The notes: generated from the letters alone by a model not told the origin. A stretch of DNA of 64,000 nt from Promethearchaeota archaeon (GCA_019057795.1 JAHLWS010000060.1:1-64000); one strand, 5' to 3'; shown: positions 27,771 to 38,558, counted from the first letter of the stretch. Made by a program: numbers and translations.

Positions 27771-28067
27771 CAGAATTTAGATGGCCAGAGTTATATCACA
27801 TGTGGATTTGATGTGTGTACATTATACAAGGACGATAATTACGCGTTAATTACTTCAAATAACAGAAAATATCAAAAATTATACGATTTGAGGAACAATC
27901 CTGAATGGAATATGAACATTGCTAACGAAAATCCAGAAACATGCGATGATGCTTTTGAAAAAATAAAACTCGATGCAAAAGGCTATCTTCCACTGGTAAG
28001 CAGGTTTGAATTCGAGAGCTTAAAAGATTGGTATCTTCAAAAAAGCACATTTTCTGATAAAGGTTAA
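27771..28067 (+). pseudogene. Orphan duplicate of the sulfatase-like gene 3' end (matches 26493-26783)
   Basis: About 290-bp direct repeat at offset 1278, roughly 90% identical by eye; ORF 27813..28067 matches the C-terminus of 25347..26795. Confidence 0.92.
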
Positions 28068-28140
28068 TTTCTTACAATTTCGTTACCATCAAAAACTATG
28101 TAAAAATATTGAAATATCCTCTTAGATTTAAAAGAATGTA

Positions 28141-29397
28141 ATGATTAAAAAAGGATTTTTTACTAAACTTGACGAGCAATTTTCTTTACGGATATCTACA
28201 GGCAGCAACGAAGAATTTATTAAAATTCTGGAGCTTAATATTGCAGTTCACGGAGAAGAGATTAAAGAATACATTGAAAGAATATACAAAGAACATCCTA
28301 AAAAGAAAGATATACTATGGTTTTATATTGAAGATAATAGTACGGGTCAAATTATATCTTCGCTTACTTTATTGCCGCTTGAATGGCAGTTTGAAGAAAA
28401 ATTATTATCCATTTGTGAGATGGGTTTTGTAGGTACTTTAAAAGAATATCGTGGAAAGGGATTAATTGATAAATTGAATGAATTCTACGAACGAGTTATG
28501 ATGGAGAGGGGCTATCTTTTATCCTGTCTCAGAGGAATTCCTTACTATTATAGACGATTTGGGTACGAATTCGTATTATCTTTAGACGAAAGATTCTCAC
28601 TTTCGCCAAATCAAATTCCATCTATGGAGTTAAGTCACATAGATATTAGGAAAGCTTCGCGTAAAGATATAGGTTATATCCAAAATCAATATAATTCAAA
28701 TAGTAATAACTTCTTAATCTCTAACAATTTCGATACAGAGAGCTTTTACTTCAAATTTATGAACGATTCCTTCAATAATAACAAATTATCGGCATATATT
28801 ATCGAAGAAAACGGAAAACCAGAAGGTTATTTCTTAATTGGCATGTCTTTCGACAACGAAGTAAATACTATCATTACTTCACAGTTATCCCATCCTCAGA
28901 TGATAAAAATCTTGCAACATCTAAATGAACTCTCTAAAAATGAAAAGGATTTGATTCTGAATGTCGCCGAATTTTCTGAATTCGGGAAATATCTTTTTTC
29001 TATGGGAAAATTACAATCAAATTATGGTTGGCAGATAAAAATACCTGATCTAAAGCGGTTTTTTGAATCGATCAAGGTTGTACTTGAAAATAGAGTTGAA
29101 AAATCAAAATTTAATAATTTATCTAAAACGGTAATAATCAGCAACTATAAGCAATCAATCGAGTTAATGTTTAATAAAGGTAAAATTGAAGCTATCAAGA
29201 TCGAGAGTGGTTATCCTGATGCAGAGAAATGTGATGTCCGAATACCAGGAGCATTGTTATTAAAATTACTTCTTGGCGATAGAACTGTAGACGAAATAAA
29301 TCATATTGTTAAAGATGCGAGAATAAATCCCTCATCAAAAAAATTAATTGAAATACTCTTTCCAAAAGTTAATTCGATTCCAGATACGTATTATTGA
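28141..29397 (+). CDS. GNAT acetyltransferase, Eis-like
   Basis: VGTLKEYRGKGL acetyl-CoA motif and YYRRFGYE; 418 aa. Confidence 0.85.
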   Translation: MIKKGFFTKLDEQFSLRISTGSNEEFIKILELNIAVHGEEIKEYIERIYKEHPKKKDILWFYIEDNSTGQIISSLTLLPLEWQFEEKLLSICEMGFVGTLKEYRGKGLIDKLNEFYERVMMERGYLLSCLRGIPYYYRRFGYEFVLSLDERFSLSPNQIPSMELSHIDIRKASRKDIGYIQNQYNSNSNNFLISNNFDTESFYFKFMNDSFNNNKLSAYIIEENGKPEGYFLIGMSFDNEVNTIITSQLSHPQMIKILQHLNELSKNEKDLILNVAEFSEFGKYLFSMGKLQSNYGWQIKIPDLKRFFESIKVVLENRVEKSKFNNLSKTVIISNYKQSIELMFNKGKIEAIKIESGYPDAEKCDVRIPGALLLKLLLGDRTVDEINHIVKDARINPSSKKLIEILFPKVNSIPDTYY

Positions 29398-29477
29398 GAA
29401 TTTAAATAATTAAGAAAAATAAAAAAAAAAGTTGTTATAATTTTACTTATAATAAATTAAAGAGAATACTATTACTA

Positions 29478-29972
29478 TTATTTGTCTGGAGCCTTTCTAC
29501 CTAACCATTTTTCGTAAAACATGTCGATATCTGGCAAGAAATTGAATATGGTCGGATACCCTGGTGGTACAGATTCTGTATCAAGTAACGCCAAGCAACC
29601 TGGGCAAAAGTACTCTCTAAGCTCCTCCCACTCAGGATCGCTCGTCATATATTTTGGATACAGTTCTTCTAATGCTTCATATGTATCTCTTACTCGTACT
29701 CTACACTTGGTTTTCCAATTTTCTCGATAATCTCCAAATTCAAAGCCACAGTCGCATTTGACAATCCTATTTCCGTCCTTTGAGACAATGTAGAGATGTT
29801 CGTGAAGTGGAAGTAAAATTTTCTCTGCCCAAGGTACTTTCTCTTGCAATATCTCTAAAATCGCATCGAATCTATTTGGATCTTTTCTACCGCTAATTAT
29901 AGGTTTAAGTTCGTTCCACGTTAAATCTCCGTTAATCATTCTTGCTAATGTCTTTTTATCTTCGTTTACCAT
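29478..29972 (-). CDS. acxC: Acetone carboxylase gamma subunit
   Basis: CDCG.EFGDYRENWK and REYFCPGC zinc site; PPGYP...FLPD. Confidence 0.9.
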   Translation of the reverse strand: MVNEDKKTLARMINGDLTWNELKPIISGRKDPNRFDAILEILQEKVPWAEKILLPLHEHLYIVSKDGNRIVKCDCGFEFGDYRENWKTKCRVRVRDTYEALEELYPKYMTSDPEWEELREYFCPGCLALLDTESVPPGYPTIFNFLPDIDMFYEKWLGRKAPDK

Positions 29973-32189
29973 TTATTTCACCTCCATTTGAAAATCTTCA
30001 GGAAGTTTCCAAAACTCCTTGAATTCTCGAGCCCAGTTAGTAGATAATGCGATACTTTCTGAATACATTCTAGTTGCCGCTTCACCCAGCTTTTTTTCAG
30101 TTATCTTTTTTCTCTCTATCTCCCAATATTCTCCGAATGGCAGAGATTTTTCCCTTCTTTCATTTTTTAACTCCTGTTGACGTGCTTTTGTAGCACTTTC
30201 GTCTAATTTCCATTCCTCTTTCACTTCGTCGTATTCCGCTACAACACCATACACGTTATAAACTATATCTTTAGTATATATTCCGTCGTTTAAATCTTGC
30301 TCAACTCGTTCTGGCTTCCTTTCTAATGGATCTCCATATCCTGGACCTCCACTCATAGCGAAATGGACAAGGTCGTAATTCTCTAAAATTATAGGGTATA
30401 TCGAACAATAAGGTTTTCTTGTTATGTCTGCCTTTAAGTATTTCTCGAATTGTCCATTTCTAGGGTCTGGATCTCCTAACGGGTAATCCGCTTGCTGTTG
30501 AATAATTTCTTTCATATTTGTATTTTTCGCGTAAAGTCGATAACCCGTACCGTGAGGATAACCTCCATGCATCCCACCACTTCCATGAAAGCATAAACCT
30601 TCTTTGGCTCCAAAAAAGTCTACTTCTCTTGAATACGCTATCATAGCTATTCCCTCGTAATTCGCGCCACCTCTATACTTCCCGTGCCCAGGACTATTAG
30701 GTTTTACTCTCCTCGCTAGATAAGGAATGCCTCCTTGAAACAATTCCCAGGTTTCTACATCTCCAAGATCAGCTTCTGGATTCCACATCGCATATCCCCA
30801 GTTTAATCCGTCTCTTACAGCACTAGCGCCTAAACCTTGACCACTGATTTCGAAGGTCGAAAGAGACCATCTTTCCCCTTTTAAAGGGCCCGAAGAATAA
30901 AAACCACCACCCTGAATTGCATCCCCCGTAAATCCGTAACCTGGTACTACTTCTTCTCTAAATCCCCGAGAAAATAATCCATAAGAAATACTTTTCATCA
31001 TCCCTGTATACGCAGGGATCAGATTACCCCAGGGGCTCTGGTATGAAAGATATGGATCACCTGGATTGCACCAAGTTCCTAATGGATATTCCTTCTCAAC
31101 AGCAAAATAGGCTCCATCGTTTACTTTGTCTCCATATATTAATATCTGGGTTAATAAAACCCATTGACCGCCCTCCATTGCTCCTTTACCGCAATTCATT
31201 GGATTTGGTCCGGAACCACTTGCTCCGTCAAATGTAAGAGAAATTCCCCCTTCCTCACCAATAACGATTTCAATTGGCATATTGCTTATTTTATCAATTT
31301 TAGCTCTTGGTTGCCACGCTTCGTTTTTAAAAGCGATGTCAAAAAACGACGCTGCCCTATACCTTCCCGGAATTAAACGTTCTTTTACTCTCTCTAAAAC
31401 TATTAGCCTTCCTTCTTCTATTGCTTCTCTCATAAATCGTTTGTAGTAATCAATCCCTTCTGTCTTTATAAAATCTAAGACAGCGTCTCGAATCATTAAA
31501 TTGCCAGCCATTCTACATTTTTCGTCTAATTCCCAATACATGGGTGTCCTTACGGCTCTTTTAGCGTTAATCATATGGTCTTTCCAAATTTTGTCATTAG
31601 AACCTATTTTTCTACAAGTGTAATAAATTCCGTCGTCAAAACGTTGAATTGCAGAAACTAAATCGTGTCCTGGGGTAATACCGCCAGCATCTATTTGATG
31701 AGTTACTCCACCGGCCCAACCTATTAATTCGTTCTCCCAATAAATAGGGATAAGCGTCTGAACATCTGTCGTATGAACGTTCCCACAATTGGGATCGTTG
31801 TTTAAAAATATATCTCCAAGATTAATACCGGGATCATCCTCGTAATCTTCTCTAATCATAAACTTTATCGCTTCGCTCATCGTGTGAACGTGTACTAATA
31901 TACCTGTTGAAACTACTATGGAATCTCCCTCCGGCGTATATAATGCAAAGCACAATTCACCTATCTCTTTGACAATTGGTGAAGCAGCTACATGTAAAGC
32001 CGTTTCCCTTGCAGATACTAAAGCACCCCTTAAACTAGCATAAGATCGTTCGTATCTAAAAGGATCTTTTTCTTTTAGGCTTAACTTCTCTATTCCATAG
32101 TATCGTTTTGTTTTCTCAATGAGTTCTTCGCTTTCGTTCAGCATTTCTTTAAGAGATTTTCCATTCCATCCTAAAGGATTTTTTGACAT
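29973..32189 (-). CDS. acxB: Acetone carboxylase alpha subunit (hydantoinase B family)
   Basis: ARETA...AASPIV...GELCF, NNDP..GNVH..D, GGVTH, WNPEADLGD and GGPGYGDPLER. Confidence 0.88.
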   Translation of the reverse strand: MSKNPLGWNGKSLKEMLNESEELIEKTKRYYGIEKLSLKEKDPFRYERSYASLRGALVSARETALHVAASPIVKEIGELCFALYTPEGDSIVVSTGILVHVHTMSEAIKFMIREDYEDDPGINLGDIFLNNDPNCGNVHTTDVQTLIPIYWENELIGWAGGVTHQIDAGGITPGHDLVSAIQRFDDGIYYTCRKIGSNDKIWKDHMINAKRAVRTPMYWELDEKCRMAGNLMIRDAVLDFIKTEGIDYYKRFMREAIEEGRLIVLERVKERLIPGRYRAASFFDIAFKNEAWQPRAKIDKISNMPIEIVIGEEGGISLTFDGASGSGPNPMNCGKGAMEGGQWVLLTQILIYGDKVNDGAYFAVEKEYPLGTWCNPGDPYLSYQSPWGNLIPAYTGMMKSISYGLFSRGFREEVVPGYGFTGDAIQGGGFYSSGPLKGERWSLSTFEISGQGLGASAVRDGLNWGYAMWNPEADLGDVETWELFQGGIPYLARRVKPNSPGHGKYRGGANYEGIAMIAYSREVDFFGAKEGLCFHGSGGMHGGYPHGTGYRLYAKNTNMKEIIQQQADYPLGDPDPRNGQFEKYLKADITRKPYCSIYPIILENYDLVHFAMSGGPGYGDPLERKPERVEQDLNDGIYTKDIVYNVYGVVAEYDEVKEEWKLDESATKARQQELKNERREKSLPFGEYWEIERKKITEKKLGEAATRMYSESIALSTNWAREFKEFWKLPEDFQMEVK

Positions 32190-34333
32190 TATTTTTTAGA
32201 CACCTCCATGTGAAATATTCTATGCTTATCAAGTTTTACTCGGAAACCTGGAGGAACTACTAAGGTTGTTGCTGGGGCTTCAATAACTGCAGGACCGTCA
32301 ATTTGATTACCTGATTTAAGTAATTCCATTTCCCAAAGATTTGCTTCGTGCCACTCTTTTCCCCAAAAAATATCTCGCCTTCCTTTGGAAGCTTCATCGT
32401 CAGGTCTTTCACTTTTTAATTCGTGATCAGGAAGTATTGGTTTTGGTACAGGCACTATCCCCGTTGCTATAGCTTTTGTAATATGATAGCCTAGATGTGG
32501 ACTTTTTGTTCCTCTTCGATATATTTGTTCAAAAAGATCATCGTATCTTTTAGCTATTTCTTTTAAATCTTTTAAGTCAATAACATCGGAAGGCGATTCT
32601 ACTTCTAAATCGTCAAACATTCCAAAATATTGTATTCGAAGAGTTGGCTTGAATTCCATTTCGTTAGGGTCTCTTCCTTCTTTTTCGAATTCTTTTGCGA
32701 TTCTTTTCTTCAATTCTCCCCATGTTGCATTCAACATCATAGTTACTGCTTGATCTAAACGTCCATCTGGAGTAACTACCAAGTCTACTGATTTTTCGTA
32801 ACGATAGGAATGGTCTGCGCAAGCACATCCGAAAGCTGAAAAAGCAGGTGCCCACTCTGGTATTAGAATATCTTGGAATCGTAAATCTTTAGCATATCCT
32901 GCTACATGAAGCGGACCTGCACCTCCAAAAGACATTAAAGTATAATTTTCTGGTCTGAAGCCAAGACCTTGAATCATGCCCAAAAGATGGTTTTTCATAT
33001 TGATTTCGATCAAATCTAAAGCACCTCTAGCTGTCACGTAAGGGTCTGCATTTAGAGGTTCTGCAAGTTGGTTTTCTATATATTTTAAAGCACGCTCCTT
33101 ATTCAAAGGGATTTTACCGCCTAAAAAGTAATCTGGATTAAAGTATCCTAAAATTATGCTGCAGTCCGTCATTGTTACTGTCTCAACTCCAGAGGTTTCG
33201 TTACAAACTCCGATTAGATATCCCGCACTTTCAGGACCAAATTCTAATCTGCCCGAAATATTATTATAGCGAACATACATGCCTGTTCCAGCAGCAATTG
33301 AATCTAAAGCAATCATAGGGATGTTTAAGATAAACCTTCCCAAACTCGATTCCCATTTTGTAGGTACGTATCTTTCCATGAGAAGCCCAACGTCAAAACT
33401 CGTTCCTCCGACATCAGAAGAAACCAAATTTTTTATTCCGTATTCTTTAGCTATAAATTTTGTACCAATCATACCGCCTACAGGACCTGAAACCATAGTT
33501 GGGATGAGTGATTTATGGTACGGAGAAATTGTACCTCCGTAAGAGGTCATAATTCTGAGTGGAGCTGGTACTCCTTTTTCTTTTAAACTTTCAGCAATTT
33601 TAATTAATTGAGTTCTAGAAGGCTCTGCTGCGTATTGTTCAATAATTAACGAGTTCAATCTTGGAGTTTCTCCTCGAACTGGATTGTGCTCGCAAGATAA
33701 AATTACAGGGATATCAATTCCTCTTTTCTTCATTAATTTTTTAGCAGACCGACCTACAGCTTTTTCATGACGAGGGTTCATATACGAACACAATAAGCAG
33801 ACGCAGATACTATCGACTTTCATATCAAGTAATTTTTCAACTGCTTCAGTTACATCCTTCTTATAAAGAGGTATTAGTTCTTCCCCCCAAAAATTAATCC
33901 TTCCCCGAACTCCTTTAATTTGCTTTCTCGGGACAAGTGGTTCAGGATGCTCGTGTTCCCGAGCATGTAAGCGACCTGCATAGTCAAGCCAAATCCAGCA
34001 TTGCAGGGCCCTTCCTAACCTGTGTAGGTCTTCAAAACCAGCATTAACAATTACTCCTATATTACTATTACCTTCTCGTTCTAAGAGTCGATTAAGCATA
34101 GCTGTGCCAGAATAAACCAGAGCATCAACTGTACCACTAGAAGATTCCAGCGTGGAGTTCCATTGAGATAATGAATCTGTAATTGAGTTCAAAATACCTT
34201 CCGATTCATTTTGTGGGGTTGTTTGAGCTTTCCCAACCTTAAATCTTCCGTGTTCATCAATAATAAAGGAATCAGTCATCGTTCCTCCTGTATCAAGAGC
34301 AATAGCTTTTAAATTCTTATTTTGAGTATTCAT
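32189..34333 (-). CDS. acxA: Acetone carboxylase beta subunit (hydantoinase A family)
   Basis: DTGGTMTD, KAQTTP, SGPVGG, DVGGTSFD, GGAGPLH and FSAFG. Confidence 0.88.
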   Translation of the reverse strand: MNTQNKNLKAIALDTGGTMTDSFIIDEHGRFKVGKAQTTPQNESEGILNSITDSLSQWNSTLESSSGTVDALVYSGTAMLNRLLEREGNSNIGVIVNAGFEDLHRLGRALQCWIWLDYAGRLHAREHEHPEPLVPRKQIKGVRGRINFWGEELIPLYKKDVTEAVEKLLDMKVDSICVCLLCSYMNPRHEKAVGRSAKKLMKKRGIDIPVILSCEHNPVRGETPRLNSLIIEQYAAEPSRTQLIKIAESLKEKGVPAPLRIMTSYGGTISPYHKSLIPTMVSGPVGGMIGTKFIAKEYGIKNLVSSDVGGTSFDVGLLMERYVPTKWESSLGRFILNIPMIALDSIAAGTGMYVRYNNISGRLEFGPESAGYLIGVCNETSGVETVTMTDCSIILGYFNPDYFLGGKIPLNKERALKYIENQLAEPLNADPYVTARGALDLIEINMKNHLLGMIQGLGFRPENYTLMSFGGAGPLHVAGYAKDLRFQDILIPEWAPAFSAFGCACADHSYRYEKSVDLVVTPDGRLDQAVTMMLNATWGELKKRIAKEFEKEGRDPNEMEFKPTLRIQYFGMFDDLEVESPSDVIDLKDLKEIAKRYDDLFEQIYRRGTKSPHLGYHITKAIATGIVPVPKPILPDHELKSERPDDEASKGRRDIFWGKEWHEANLWEMELLKSGNQIDGPAVIEAPATTLVVPPGFRVKLDKHRIFHMEVSKK

Positions 34334-34610
34334 TTTTGATATATTTCTCCCTTTTTTTTTTTTAATTATATTTGATGTTATACAACATTTATTTTCTTCT
34401 AGAATTTATAAAATTATTTATAATGCAAAATCAAAATGGTTATTATTCAATTAGAATAACATTTTAAATTTATCAATAATGAAGGAATAAGTCATCAACC
34501 AAAGTTTTAAAATATAATATTTATTTCATAATTCTTTTCTTTGAAGTTAATAAAACTTATTACAAAATTTTCTCTAATACTCTTTAAATAAATTAGATTT
34601 TTTTAAAATT

Positions 34611-35600
34611 TTGATTGAAACGGTAGAAAGTTCTGATAAATTAAAGGGAAGGTTCCTTAGTATCGATGTGTTCAGAGGTTTAGCCGTAGTTCTAATGGTT
34701 ATCGTCAATACTTTAGCGATTTACGAGAATGTGCCAGCTTGGAGCAAACACGCTGGAGATTTTGGTTTAACATACGTAGATTTAATTGCTCCTTTTTTCG
34801 TTTTTATGCTAGCGCTTAATATGAATATTTCTTACCAAAAACGCAAGGAAAAATTTGGTAGAAAAAAAGCTATGCTAAGATATATTCGCAGGTTTTTTAT
34901 TTTCATTGGAATTGGCTTTTTTTTAACTCTGTATATCGGACCTGATGGGTTTTATTTTCGGTGGGGCACATTTCAAGTTCTAGGGATGTCAGGATTGTTA
35001 TTATTACCTTTAATCGAACTAAAACCCTTTTTAAAATTATCGTTTGCTGTTATAATTATGATCCTCCATCAACTTATTCTATTTACGCCTTTAAGTTTAA
35101 TAATTTATGAATCGATCGAGGGAGGAATCTTAGGAGCACTTTCTTGGGGCTCAATGATGGTATTTTCTTCCTTTTTAGCAGAAGCTTTAATCAATGGTAA
35201 AGATAAAGTTAAAAGTTATTTCTTATTTGGTGGTTTAATTTGCGTTGTACTTGGCTTCGGTTTTGGTTTTATTTTGGGAATAAGTAGGGCTTATATCTCA
35301 TTGCCCTATATTATAGTCAGTGTAGGAATTTCTTCCTTAATTTATTATCTATTGTATTATATTTTCGAAGTTTGGGCGAATAATCACGAATTTGTGAAAA
35401 AAGAAAAGTTTTTTAGCGTTGTTGGAAAAAATGCGTTCATGTTATATCTAATCCATGTCGTTATTGTTTATAGTATATATCAGATTATTCCATTGAACAT
35501 CTCTAGCGTAATAATTTTCTCAATAAGCTTTGTTAACGTTGCTATTATTTGGTTAATTGCGTTTTTGATGAATAGAGTCGAAATGTTTATTGTTGTTTAA
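34611..35600 (+). CDS. HGSNAT-like (DUF1624/DUF5009) membrane acyltransferase
   Basis: RFLSIDVFRGLAV..M..VN, H...GLT..DL..PFF.F. Confidence 0.82.
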   Translation: MIETVESSDKLKGRFLSIDVFRGLAVVLMVIVNTLAIYENVPAWSKHAGDFGLTYVDLIAPFFVFMLALNMNISYQKRKEKFGRKKAMLRYIRRFFIFIGIGFFLTLYIGPDGFYFRWGTFQVLGMSGLLLLPLIELKPFLKLSFAVIIMILHQLILFTPLSLIIYESIEGGILGALSWGSMMVFSSFLAEALINGKDKVKSYFLFGGLICVVLGFGFGFILGISRAYISLPYIIVSVGISSLIYYLLYYIFEVWANNHEFVKKEKFFSVVGKNAFMLYLIHVVIVYSIYQIIPLNISSVIIFSISFVNVAIIWLIAFLMNRVEMFIVV

Positions 35601-35642
35601 TTTTAAAGTAATTATTACTTATTAATAGTAGAACGCTCCAAG

Positions 35643-36830
35643 TTAAAAATATTCTTTTAATCGAAACCACCTATACGATCTAATCCCCTGCGTTACTTCA
35701 TTTAATTTTTCTCTCATCAATTTTAATAATAAATGCGTGGGATAGTACTTTAATAGAGCATTAACTTGATTAAAAATAACCCATCTTAATTTCAGCGTGT
35801 ATTGAAACTCCGAATAAAGATATTTAGTTAATAAATGTAAATAGAATGTGGTAGATTTTTTTACATTTTGTAAATTTTTTAAAATTGCGTAAGAGGCGAA
35901 TTCAGCGGTTTTTTGTGAGTAATAGATTCCCTCACCCCAAAACGGGTCAGCAATACCCGCTGCATCACCTATTAAAATTACTTTATTTTTATAAATAGGA
36001 GTGACCTTGAAATTTCCATAGGGGATTGGGTGCCCATATATTTCGGAAACAACTTCTGGATTTATACCCAACGCAGATATGAAATTGTGCAACGCCTTTT
36101 TGAAAAAGCCTTTATTTTTTCTAATGAGACCTCCAACGCCAAGAATTACTTTATCTTTATTTGGAAACAACCAATTATATCCATATTTTAAAAACCCAAA
36201 CGAAATCATAGGATAATTAAAAAGGTCTTTATCTAAATCCTTTCTGTCAATAAAACACTCAAGTCCTGTAGCTAAATTATAATTCCATTGTTCTTTTCTA
36301 ATTATTCGATTACGGATAAATTCTTGCTTTACTATACTATTAGCTCCATCAGCGCCTATGATAAAATTTGATTTAAATTTATCACCTTTCGATAAACTTA
36401 CTTCACAAGCGTCTAGATTTACCTTATCTACTTTATCTCCTTCGATTACATCTACACCTGCTTCTTTCGCCTTGTTCAAAAGGAAATTGTCATATACTAC
36501 TCTATCCACTAAGTAAAAAGGAAACTGGGAACTATTACTTGACATAATCCTTTCTACTTTATAATTAATTTCAAAACGATCCGTAACATAATTTATAATA
36601 TGCTTATCCAGAAGTGATTCCACCGTCTCGCCGAACACTCTCTTTAAAAGCTTAAAGGTTTTAAAGGTAAGGATGCCTCCACATAGTTTTTGTCGAGGAA
36701 ATATATCTTTATCGATTATCTGTACATTGAGTCCGAGTCTCTTTAACAAATAACCCGCAGTAGATCCACCTGGACCTCCACCAACTATGGTAACATCGTA
36801 ATCAACACTTTGTTGAGATATTTTATTCAC
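35643..36830 (-). CDS. Geranylgeranyl reductase family FAD oxidoreductase
   Basis: VGGGPGG, FPR.KLCGG, IGADG, GYNWLFP and GDAAG..DPFWGEGI. Confidence 0.9.
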   Translation of the reverse strand: MNKISQQSVDYDVTIVGGGPGGSTAGYLLKRLGLNVQIIDKDIFPRQKLCGGILTFKTFKLLKRVFGETVESLLDKHIINYVTDRFEINYKVERIMSSNSSQFPFYLVDRVVYDNFLLNKAKEAGVDVIEGDKVDKVNLDACEVSLSKGDKFKSNFIIGADGANSIVKQEFIRNRIIRKEQWNYNLATGLECFIDRKDLDKDLFNYPMISFGFLKYGYNWLFPNKDKVILGVGGLIRKNKGFFKKALHNFISALGINPEVVSEIYGHPIPYGNFKVTPIYKNKVILIGDAAGIADPFWGEGIYYSQKTAEFASYAILKNLQNVKKSTTFYLHLLTKYLYSEFQYTLKLRWVIFNQVNALLKYYPTHLLLKLMREKLNEVTQGIRSYRWFRLKEYF

Positions 36831-37077
36831 CTAATTTATTTGAAATGACTTCTATTCTTTATCCTATAAAAATAAAAATATGATCAATAGTTAACATGTT
36901 TTTTTATTTATAGTTTTAAGTTTTAATTTAAAGTAAATTAATTTAAAGATAAATTTAGGCATTGTATATTTTCATAGATAAAGCTTAAAAACTAAAATTA
37001 CATATAAAATCATTGTAAGAAGTTCAATTGAAACGATATTTTTAGCAATAATATTGAACTACTAAATTAATGAGATC

Positions 37078-37386
37078 ATGAGTATGTTAGAAAAACAGTT
37101 TCTACTATTTAAAATAGACGAAGAAAATGAAGATTTCGAGGCAATAGAAATTGAAGTTAGCCCCACACATGCTCTATTAGACTCAAATTATATTTACATA
37201 ATTGTGGTTCCAATAGATAAGGAGATTATGATTTGGCATGGCAGCAATGCAACTATAAGAATGAAGTTTATAGCAACTCAAAAAGCACCAACAATACGAG
37301 ACAAATACGGAGTCGATTTTAAAATTTCAGCTGTAGAACAAGGAGAGGAATCTTCTGGATTCAAAGAAATAGTAGGTTTAGAATGA
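37078..37386 (+). CDS. Single-domain gelsolin-like protein
   Basis: LDS..IYII.....I.IWHGS.A and EQGEES..F gelsolin-repeat signature. Confidence 0.8.
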   Translation: MSMLEKQFLLFKIDEENEDFEAIEIEVSPTHALLDSNYIYIIVVPIDKEIMIWHGSNATIRMKFIATQKAPTIRDKYGVDFKISAVEQGEESSGFKEIVGLE

Positions 37387-37676
37387 AGTTAATTGAAGTT
37401 TCTATAATAATTATTAATACTAAATTAAAAGTTTAAGCCATAATATGTAGATGTAATTCTAAATATTATTAATGTATGTCAAAACTTTCGTGAAATTAAT
37501 CTTTCACGAATAATACTTTTTTTAAGTTTATTTGTGTATCCAATTTTTTTTTAATAAAAATTTAAATACAAGTTTTTTCGCCATATATTTAATGCTTAAA
37601 TGACATTCTTACCCTTTTGAAAAAGCTTAAAGAACATTTTGATAAGAAAGACCTAAATAGTTAAAATAAATATAAA

Positions 37677-38558
37677 GTGAGGAATATCGTAAATAAAACG
37701 AAAGCTTCAAAAAGAAGATTTAAAAAAGCAGAAGATATAATAAAAAAAGAAATAGAAAAGTCAAAGAATTACCTTAATATTGCTGGTGTGATTATTTTAG
37801 CTCTTGATACAGAAGGTAATATTATGTTACTAAATAAAAAAGGTCATAGAATACTTCAATACAACGAAGGAGAATTAATAGGAAGAAATTGGTTTAAAAC
37901 ATGCCTTCCTAAACGATATAGAGAAAATACTTATGAAACTTTCAATAAATTAATACAAGGCCAACTTGAACTCACAGAGTTTTACGAAAACCCCATATTG
38001 ACCAAAAATGGAGATGAAAGAATAATTGCTTGGCATAACTCTTTATTATTTGACAGTAATGGAAATGTAATTGGAACATTAAGTTCAGGAGAAGACATCA
38101 CCGAGCGCAAAAGAGCAGAGGAAAATTTAAAAGATTCTGAAGAAAAATATCGATATTTATTTGATAGCGCCCAAGTTGGGTTATATTGGTCAAAAATTAG
38201 TGATGGTAACTTTTTAGAATGTAATGATACTTTTGCCAAATTATTTGGATATGATACGCGAGAGGAATTTTTAGCAAATTATAATGCTATTGAGCATTAC
38301 CTTGATCCAAATGCGCGGAGTGAACTATTAGAAGAAATCCGTGACAATAAAGAAATTAAGAATTATGAAATACATGTCACCAAAAGAGATGGTACTCCAA
38401 TTTGGGTGAGTATATCTGCTCGAATGTTTGAAAATGAAAACCGTATTGAAGGTGCTGCTATTGATATCACCGAACGCAAGATAGCAGAGAGGGAACTGCA
38501 ACTTGAGCGAGATAACTTCATAAATATTTTAAATTCAACGAGGGAAAAGGGAGTATAA
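37677..38558 (+). pseudogene. Tandem PAS/PAC sensor protein, apparently C-terminally truncated
   Basis: Two PAS-PAC units (SSGEDITERK, AIDITERK). Ends at the start of a third unit (FINILNS) with no output domain and overlaps a convergent fragment. Confidence 0.65.

Noticed and set aside
27813-28067. 84-aa ORF as an independent gene
   Set aside because: It is the orphan duplicate of the sulfatase-like C-terminus, starting at an internal GTG.
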